DNA of 57,986 nucleotides, the filler included, from Sphacelaria rigidula (taxonomy: Eukaryota): NCBI GenBank assembly GCA_964200075.2. It is 8 parts of 8 records of this genome, joined end to end, with 100 filler letters (N's around TTAATTAATTAA, not from the genome) between each part and the next. Parts side by side here need not be neighbours in the genome. Positions count along the whole stretch, not along the records: positions 43,567 to 50,726 come from CAXNAA020016197.1; positions 50,827 to 57,986 come from CAXNAA020016198.1; 6 more parts are not named here. The stretch is one strand, 5' to 3'. The notes under the pieces are model-generated. The model did not search any database, was not told the origin of the DNA, and worked only from the letters and a program-made list of their open reading frames with translations. A program made the translations under genes and the position numbers. This document shows, one piece after another, positions 49,819 through 57,986 of this stretch (position 1 is the stretch's first letter; each line of letters opens with the position of its first letter).

Positions 49819-52723
49819 CTTTACATGCGAGTCGTCGGAAGCGTGAGAGTGGGGAGAAGCGAGATTTTTGACACTGCAATACTCCTAACGTACTGTACAA
49901 TCAAGTGAGGTGTACGCCCTTACGGTAGAGATGGACACCGCAACCATAAAATAGGTGGCACAACATTGCCGCCCCCGGTGGTGTAAATTAAAAAGATACG
50001 ACTGTCACCATTGGGGTGAAGAGAACGAGGGTTCGAATCCCGATGCGTTGGGTTTTTTTCTTCAAAGTATCCGATTTTCATCGTCGAAAGCGTTAGTACA
50101 TGAGTAAATAAAAACTAGTTGACTGAGTTTGATCCACGAAAGCTGACGCGGTGCGGGAGTGCTGACCAAATCTGCGAGACCAAAATGTAAGGCGTGTACC
50201 GGGCAGAGATGGTTGATCCCTTGAGACCACGGACTCGTCCCGAGGAAGGGGAGGGGTTCAAAGTGCGACAAATAAATGAAACAAGAATAATAATTAATAA
50301 TTAAAAACAACCGTCGCGCCCCAGTGGTATATTGTAATGTTTGTTAACGTGGATTCGAATCCTGCAAGATGGGTTAATTTTTTTCTTCGAGGTATCTGAT
50401 TGCCGCCGTCGAAATCGGGGGTACGTGAGTAGACCAAAAGGGGGTCACTGAATTTTTTTTGACGAGAAGTTGACGCGGTGCGGGAGTGTTGACCCAATCC
50501 ACGAGATCCTAATGCAACGCGTGTACCAGGGGGGGGTGTACTCATAATCTTGCATGCCATAGTCATACGACCATTGACCTCACATCCCTATAAAACCGGG
50601 ACGGAGCACGCCGGGTTTTCGCTGGACCAGGCTTGGGGGGGGGGGGGGGGGGGGGGGGGGGATATTAATCTGTGGCTTGAAAATTTCCCACCCATCTCTT
50701 TTGAGAGGGAGAACCGCCCTCCCTTTNNNNNNNNNNNNNNNNNNNNNNNNNNNNNNNNNNNNNNNNNNNNTTAATTAATTAANNNNNNNNNNNNNNNNNN
50801 NNNNNNNNNNNNNNNNNNNNNNNNNNTCCCTTTTGGGCAACCAGGCCGAAGAAATCGTGAATTTGGTGATTTTGAGTCGTGATGATTTGTCCTAACCGTG
50901 GGAGTTTCCCGCGGAAGATTCTAACCCAAGAAGGAGGTCCGAGAGGACCGGAATGACCATTCTGACCAATCATGGGCGTCAAAATGAGCACGTAGTTCCT
51001 CAGCGAGTGGACTACAGGTGGGCTACTTCGCTGTCTAGCGGTATTTCTCATCTTGGTCACGGCAACTCAACCATAGATATCATGGGCACAAATAACGTAA
51101 TTTGTACTTCGCTCTTGGTCTGTGTCGCCTGCCTGACCCTTCATGTGTTGCCAGCGTAGCTTCACACTGGAACACTAGGCAAAGGCATCAGCAGCATGCA
51201 GTGAAATGTCTTCAATTGATAGCGATGGCACGCTGACTGTTTCTTGCCGTTGTATCCGGCGGAGACATACCGCACACATACCGTCTCTGGACGCTATAGA
51301 GTGCACAGTCAAAACCGGCCAGGGGTTCCGCGGAACTATTCTCTGTGTACATACCCAGCATCCACATGACTATGACAAAAGGCTTTTCGTGTAGCGAGAA
51401 AAGAGCTGTTCTGAACCCAAAATGTGGCAAAGTCCATCTCAATCCACCTGTGGGGGTTCAGTGTCTAGGGGTTGAATACGAATGACGGTGCTCGTGAACA
51501 CTCGAGTGGTATTGAGGACGTATGCATCCTACGAGCACTTGCTGATTCGAGACCACCTTCCACCCTCCCCGACCATGAGATGAGCATATCTCCTCGCAAA
51601 CACCCTCACCTGGGGGGGCGTACTCATTTGTTGCTTACCCTCACCTGGGGGGTGTTATTTGACGTATTAGTCGTTTGTGGGCGGACTACATGATGCTTGT
51701 GAACGTATGAGAGGTATCGTCAAAGCATCGACACCCTTGCCATGTACCCCGTGAAAATTCAGGAGTACTAGCGTTCGTGTGCGACAAGACAAAACGGTGG
51801 ATACCACCCCCGGGACTGCAGTTTTCCTATCCCTGGACCGACCATGGGCTTAATTTGCACATGAGACATGAGTGCATTGAAGATGTTTTCTGTATAATTG
51901 TACGTGCCATGCAAAAGTTTTTCGACCCTTGAAGTCTTGAAAATACTTGAGCATGTGAAACAAAAGCAAGACAATATATTAGCCTACAGATTTTTTCAAA
52001 TTCAAATGAATTGGTCAGGACCCGTCGGTCAAAGTTCGAAAATCTTCACTCGGCGTTCGCCGCGAATGACGTCGCACGATATGGTCCCACGTTACTTCTA
52101 TCCCCCGCCCCCCCCTCTTTATATGATAGCGTCGAGTTGATTTCCGGGTCGCTTTGTTTATTACATGCCTTTGAACCCCATTGGAAATGCGATTTCCGTC
52201 ATATTCCAATAAAGGAGGGAATAATGTCGAAAAAAATCACCTCAGATTCGGCGTCTCCTCCCATTTATGCAAGAATTGGGCGGGCTAAAGACTTCGGCCT
52301 GGAATAGCGGATAACTGCCCCCTAGTCATAGTCATGAGATGAAGCATCCCCTCCCCAATAACGTTTACTAAGGTGGTGTCAATCGTTCTCGCTGAAACGT
52401 GTAAAGCCTTCCTTATTTATTCATTATACCATTTTTTGTTGGGACCACTCTGTATTTGTACAAATCTGGGGATTTCGGGCCGTCTACAGGCGGTTTTCTC
52501 CAGCGTGATGTCCCGGACCCCCGTCAGTTGAGCAACGTTTGTCGGGTAGCTGTGAGGAAATTATATCGATTATCCCGATTCCTTGGACGTTGACTTTCGG
52601 TATCACATTTCTGCTCAAATCGAGACACTCCCGAATAAGGTGTACGCGAAAGAGAGATTTGAAGATGTAGAAGGGGATATACTCGAGAATGTGGTCCTTC
52701 GTCGTTTTTTTGCTCTTCCAGTC

Positions 52724-53235
52724 ACTTTCATCCCCTCCCCTTCCCTTTCTCGGGACGAGTCTGTGGTCTCAAGGGATCAGCCCATCTCTCCCTTGGCACA
52801 CGCCTGATGGTGAGACATCCATGAGGCAGTGTATAAGACGTGGCTGTCGCTGGAAGTGGCGATACCAGATATTGAAGCAACTAATTCGAGGCTGTTATCC
52901 AAATGCAAGATAATCGGTAGGCCTCAGGCCGAACAATCGTAGCACGATACAGCTCACCCTTCATGCGACTCGCCGAACACACCACGGCGCTTCGCGCTTG
53001 GTGATGAGTGCGAGCCTGGTCCGGCGAAAACCCGACGCGCTCCGTCCCGGCTTTGTAGGGCTGCGAGGTCAATGGTATTGTGACTATGGCATGCATGATC
53101 ATGTGTACACTCCCCTGGCACACGCCTTACATTTTGGTATATCGCGGCTTGGATTAGCACTCCCGCACCTCGTCGGCTGCCGTTTAAGAAACTCAACCGG
53201 ACTATTTTTGCTACTCATGTCCTCACGCGTTTAAC
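52724..53235 (-). mobile_element. SINE family B, long form with a ~310-bp internal module
   Basis: SINE B body and tail are separated by an extra module bounded by direct repeats. Parts of the module also occur at 14280-14423, 29046-29110, 34985-35090 and 50520-50635. Confidence 0.7.
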
Positions 53236-55268
53236 AACGGCTTTTCCCGCAAAGCTTCTCAAGGCCGAATGATTCTTCTTGTACACAAATAAAGTTAAAC
53301 GACCTATCACAAGCGTGAGATAAAGAGCACTCTTTGGCGGCACTGTCACTACGTTGTTGGGGATCCACCGAACACGGCTTTCGGTTGTACATACTGGAAT
53401 CATGCTGACCTTGCCTCATGAATCATGTCGTCACTCAGCTGCAAAACCATCCTTCGTACGCTCGTGTGCATGGCTTTGATGACATTGCATGCAGGAACCG
53501 CGATATCTCCGTATGCCGTGGCTGAGGAGTTGAATATCTTTCACGAGATCAAGAGGTGAGAGTCCCAGACATCCAACGAGTTCTAGTTGGACTAGTGGGT
53601 CTTCACTCAGACTTTTCATGTTTTGGAGACTCCGAGGACTAGGGTCAATTTTGAACCCGACACGTTGAGATTTCGGGACAGTATGACGCGGAGCAGGAGT
53701 GCTGATGAGGGAGATTAGAGTAGATGGGTTGTTGATCCCTCGAGACCACGGACAACAACTTGTAATGGTCCCGAGGAAGAGGAGGGATTCAAGTGTGGAC
53801 TTCCGTATGGGTGGAAACGGTTTGAAGTAGTCTGAAAAGGAACTTGAAATGTGTAGACCGCTTCTTATCGACTGAAAAAACTTCTCTCTGAGGCCTACCC
53901 CTTTGAACCTTTTTTCACGGGTTATTGGCAGAATACAGGCCCTGGCGGATTTGACCTCGAAGTTTTTTAGGTGACTGAAAAAATCCAAAAGCCGGTCAAG
54001 AGTAAAATTGGGAGTGTGAAAGATCGGTCAAGCGCGCTGGAATCCTCATAAAAATTACAGCACATCTTTCCGAGGAGGGCAAATCCGCCAAGGCACGTAT
54101 TCCGCCAATAACCCGTGATGAAAGGTTCAAACGGGCAATGCTCAAAGAGAAGTTCTAGTCTACAAGAAGCGGCCAATAATTTTCCTGAAGATATTTCTGC
54201 TTGCTGCCACCTGACCGTTCACAGCAACTCTTGCGTTCATCAGGTGGCTTGAAATACCCCCCCCCCCTATTCGGCAACGTCAGTTGTGTGACAAAAATCA
54301 CACATGACATGAAATCAACCCCCCGGCAGCAAGTGCTACTACGAGAGAAACCATATTTTTTCTGTCTCTCTTTGCTAGATCCGAGTTTGGATATCTTCAA
54401 TTTCAAACCCGGACATATGTGTGTAGATCAAGCTGAACAATTGTATGCGCGAGAACGTTATCAGGACTTTTGCCTAAGTGACATCTTGCACCCCTTGCTC
54501 GAGGGCTTTCGGAATGTCTCGGCTGGGTAGTCCATCTGGACCGTGCATACCCTGCCCAAGTAAAATTGATGCCGATTCGGCGAATGACCTACTGCCGCCG
54601 CATAAGGGTCAAGCAAGGGGCTATCTGAAAATCACGAAATGTCCGAAACCATGAATTTTCGAGGAACTTCCAGTTTCCCAAGTCGTAATATGACCTAATA
54701 TATGTGGATAATGCGACACTGCTGTGTTGACTTGTACGCGAACGATTGACATGGCGGTAGGTCGAGGAAAGAGCACACAGAGGTCGAGACGAATACTTTT
54801 TCGACGTTTGCTCTAATCCTAACGTACACCCCTACCCATTGCTGATCGCTGTGCCCAGCCCATCCAATCTGACGGTGATGGAAATTGTGGGACGAATTGA
54901 GGCGAACCAAGAGCTTTTCCAGCGCAAGTATGCCAAGAAAATGGCTGCGGAAGACGAGTACTACAAAAATCGATATAAGCTGAGCGAGAAGAATGGCGCT
55001 CCGTGACGGCGCCAGGCCCAAGTATTCGAATGTTATTGTTGGATCAATGTTGTGCTGTTGAGGAGGTTGAGCTGGTGGCGGTTGAAGCAGGTAGAAGATA
55101 TAAACAAGTTTCAGGCCTTGCGTCAGCCTATCGCCGGACAATTGACAGATTGGGATTTTAATGATTTACACGGATTTCGGATATCAACATTTTGTAATCG
55201 TGCCTTGGTAGCATCATCTACATCTACATGGACCACAGTGCAAAGCACCGCCAACACACCAACGACTC

Positions 55269-55811
55269 TCAGTCCGATTCGTCTCCCTCAACAGTGCGCC
55301 TCTTTGACGCCGAACCGTCGTCCAGCCCTTCTCCATCCGCATCGTCACTGTCCCACTTCCGTTTTTGCCCTGCATCAGGAGCCTCTTCTCTTTCATCCCC
55401 ACCCCCACCCCCACCCCCACCCTCACCCCCGAAGGCATCCTCGTCGTCAGAGTCGTCACTACTCGACGACAAACCGATGTCTTTGAGGTTTGCTTGTGGA
55501 AGCCGCGTCTGACCACCCGCATCAACCGTCGCGGCACCATCTCCATACCGATCAGCAGGTCCCGCGTCATCTTCGTTGTTCGAATCATCTCCGTCGTCCC
55601 CAGAGTCACTCTCATATTGTGGTGCCTCTTCAGCTTTTCCTCGCTTGCCGCCACTGGGTTTGTTGAGGGTTGTATGCTCTTGAGTTGTCCAGCTTTCTTG
55701 TAGCTTGTTGAGGCTTGCCTGCTTCAGTTTCGCCCTCTCCGCTCGCTGAAGAGCGTGGGATTCTGCGCGCCGTCTTTCTTCCTCTTCTTCTTGCTTGCGC
55801 TGCTGCACCAT
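55269..55811 (-). CDS. CTR9: CTR9 terminal exon (charged coiled coil and acidic tail)
   Basis: CAG acceptor, phase 0, 180 codons plus TGA; E/R-rich then D/S-rich as in CTR9 C-termini. Confidence 0.88.
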   Translation of the reverse strand: MVQQRKQEEEEERRRAESHALQRAERAKLKQASLNKLQESWTTQEHTTLNKPSGGKRGKAEEAPQYESDSGDDGDDSNNEDDAGPADRYGDGAATVDAGGQTRLPQANLKDIGLSSSSDDSDDEDAFGGEGGGGGGGGDEREEAPDAGQKRKWDSDDADGEGLDDGSASKRRTVEGDESD

Positions 55812-56042
55812 CTGAGGATTCCCATGAGTGAGAGGTTCAGAAGTCGCGATACACATGCGACTGGCGGCGCTCATACCGAGGGGAGTGTGTCACGTTCGTA
55901 ATATTCATTTTCACGTCTCGCTTTGCCGTTCGAATGGCGAATGCACAAAATTTTGTCCTACTGTACGATGTGCGTATGGATAAGGGACTTGACTAATCTC
56001 TCTCAGCGCAGCAGGATTGAAGACGAGCAAGTCGTGTCTCAC

Positions 56043-56258
56043 CTTCTCAAGAGCACGTTGATGCCGCTCGCGCACTTCCTGCTGTTGGTCGGCCTTCATT
56101 TTCTCGTGGTTGAGGTGCTGCGCTGCACGCTCGATGTTGTCGAAACAGAATTTGGCATGCTTCTCCGCTTTGTTGGAGTCATAGAGTAGGTGGCGGTGGA
56201 CTCCGCCGACCCTGTCGGGCTCGCAGTCTTTCAACCAGGAGAACAGTTTCGTCGCTCC
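56043..56258 (-). CDS. CTR9: CTR9 exon
   Basis: TAG acceptor, GTGAGA donor, 216 nt: GATKLFSWL...HAKFC...AAQHL...RALEK. Confidence 0.9.
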
Positions 56259-56545
56259 CTAATGCGACGAAGAGTGCACAAACGGTAAAAATAACGTGTG
56301 ACGCAAGCATGACCCGATCGCATCGCGTCACAAGAACCATGCAATGGACTTGGGGCAGGGCTGAGTATTTAACATGAAATATTCCATGAAGGGAAATGAG
56401 GAACGGCTCTGCGTACTTACAAGAGACAGACGGAATGCCTACACGCGGGTCAAGTAGTGCAAAAGTGATGTGAGCGTATACGGCCGTGTTTGAACTTGTG
56501 TCTGCTCTCGACCTCCGAGTACAAGACCTTTCATTCGCGACTCAC

Positions 56546-56821
56546 CTTGAGGTCCTCGATAGCATTTTCCACCTCTGCGAGAGTGCGTGTTTCGCCCTTC
56601 TGCTCCTTCTGGAGCACCGCCACGGCAAATGTTTCCCGTGTCAGGGCCAGGTTATACCAAAGCTGAAGGTTGTTGGGCGAGATGTGCAGCGCCTTTAGCA
56701 AGACACGCATGCATTCGCTGTACTGGCGTGCGTCGAAATACGCGTGAGCCAGGTAGATATGCAGGCTCGGGTCTCGTCCACCATGGAATTTCTTCAGACA
56801 GTTCTGGTACAAGCGAATCGC
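56546..56821 (-). CDS. CTR9: CTR9 exon
   Basis: AIRLYQNCLKKF...LLKALHISP...YNLAL...RTLAEVENAIEDLK; 276 nt, phase 0/0. Confidence 0.93.
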
Positions 56822-57107
56822 CTGTGCACGCGTAGTTTGGGTGGAGTCAGACCAGTACGTGTGCCGTAAGTGACGAATTCACCGCGTAATGTCCAACTCC
56901 GATTCATACTACTATTGTAGGTGTCACCAGACCTGCTCAAGGATAGTAAAACCTAACGGAGTGCCTGCGGAAGTCGGGCATTCTCGGATATTTCCAGCTA
57001 TCACGGCGTGAAAATTGGAGTACCGGCGAAAATGCAGAAGTCGGTGAACATTTCATGACTGAACTCCACCATTCGCCCAACAACCGCATAGGCTGAGGTG
57101 CACTCAC

Positions 57108-57259
57108 CTCGTTGTGCTTGTTCTGAGCTAAGTACACGTGCGCAAGGTTGATCCACACGTCCCCCAACACCTCTGCGGACACCTCACGGACCCGAGCAAA
57201 CACGTCTTTTGCTTGATCTAACGTCCCTTTCTCCGCCAATACCATTCCTAAACCGTTCG
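57108..57259 (-). CDS. CTR9: RNA polymerase-associated protein CTR9 (PAF1 complex), first visible exon
   Basis: ANGLGMVLAEKG...AKDVFARVRE...DVWINLAHVY is the conserved CTR9 TPR signature; CAG and GTGAGT sites. Confidence 0.93.
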
Positions 57260-57917
57260 CTGCCGTAATAAAATGCGAGGGAAACAATGTGGGTATGGAT
57301 ATGACATCCAGTGAGGAAGATGGCAATATGTTGCTGGTGAAAAGCCCACACACGCGGGCATACCGCTACCCTCGAAATATTTTAGTGGATAGAGGATTCC
57401 GAACTTGTCCCGACATACCGTCCGTTTTGAATTCCCCACCAGAGGATCTTGCGTTCGCAATCCTCCAGAGGGTTTCCAACGTTAGGGTCTCCCTCGGGGA
57501 TTTTTGTCAACATCGAAATCATCTGGATTGTTGCTGTAGGCACTCGTGCTGTAGAAAATCCTACACTGGTTACGGTATGTGTGGGATTTGTACAACAGAG
57601 GCTGTTCGAGAGTCCTCATTTTGGCCGCCAATTCATCTTGAAATTAGTGAAGAGTATTTTCAATAGCCTCTGCAGTAGAAATCCCATATACTGGCTGCCG
57701 GTATATTTACACACGGCCAGGTTACGAAGCACCAGTAGGAGATACTTGATTACCGAGATGCACGCTCCACGTTTATATACCTGCCTTCCAAAAACCCGTA
57801 GCCGGCCGTGCGTCATTATTTGCACAAAAAAGCACGTTGGAACGAGACCATCGAATGGTTTTGGTCGGTTTGTACTTCAATTGGGATACGAATCAGTACA
57901 AGTACTAGTATTCAGCC

Positions 57918-57986
57918 GGTCGCCCCGGTGGCTCAGTTGGTAACCTCGTAACCTTCTGATGGTTGAGTTGGGGGGTTCGATTCCCG
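57918..57986 (+). mobile_element. SINE family A head, truncated by the contig end (probably in a CTR9 intron)
   Basis: GGTCGCCCCGGTGGCTCAGTTGG...GGTTCGATTCCCG, same head as 10052. Confidence 0.7.

Noticed and set aside
7163..50826. Regular ~7.26-kb periodicity and TTAATTAATTAA motif; linkage between genes on different segments
   Set aside because: Artificial linkers between length-sorted contigs. Adjacency across them, including that of the two hAT copies, has no biological meaning.
57918..57986. tRNA gene
   Set aside because: A and B boxes are present but there is no proper cloverleaf or acceptor stem, and the same head at 10052 continues into a SINE body.

Overview
This window is not one continuous locus. 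It is eight unrelated eukaryotic contigs of 7160-7162 bp, sorted by length and joined by artificial 100-bp linkers (N44-TTAATTAATTAA-N44). Long GT-AG introns, about 50% GC, tRNA-derived SINEs and TTAGGG-type repeats suggest a stramenopile, probably a brown alga (inference only). Manual splicing recovers four partial host genes: CTR9 (PAF1 complex, 4 exons), ECM29 (last 2 exons), a family-16 lysine methyltransferase (3 exons, convergent with ECM29) and a SLAC1/SLAH-type anion channel (2 exons). There are also two unidentified exons. Most other DNA is mobile-element derived: TA-flanked Tc1/mariner-type MITEs, hAT-type elements with 8-bp TSDs, two SINE families, and an LTR with a zinc-knuckle gag relic. 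The most unusual structures are: non-autonomous elements built as palindromic array - variable core - palindromic array (CRISPR-like in look, but not CRISPR); a degenerate ~1.15-kb higher-order repeat; a head-to-head foldback of protein-constrained fragments; and dense TACAGTA/TACTGTA tracts that look like transposon excision scars. I cannot establish a new biological system from sequence alone; these are leads. Nearly all short ORFs in the provided track are spurious.
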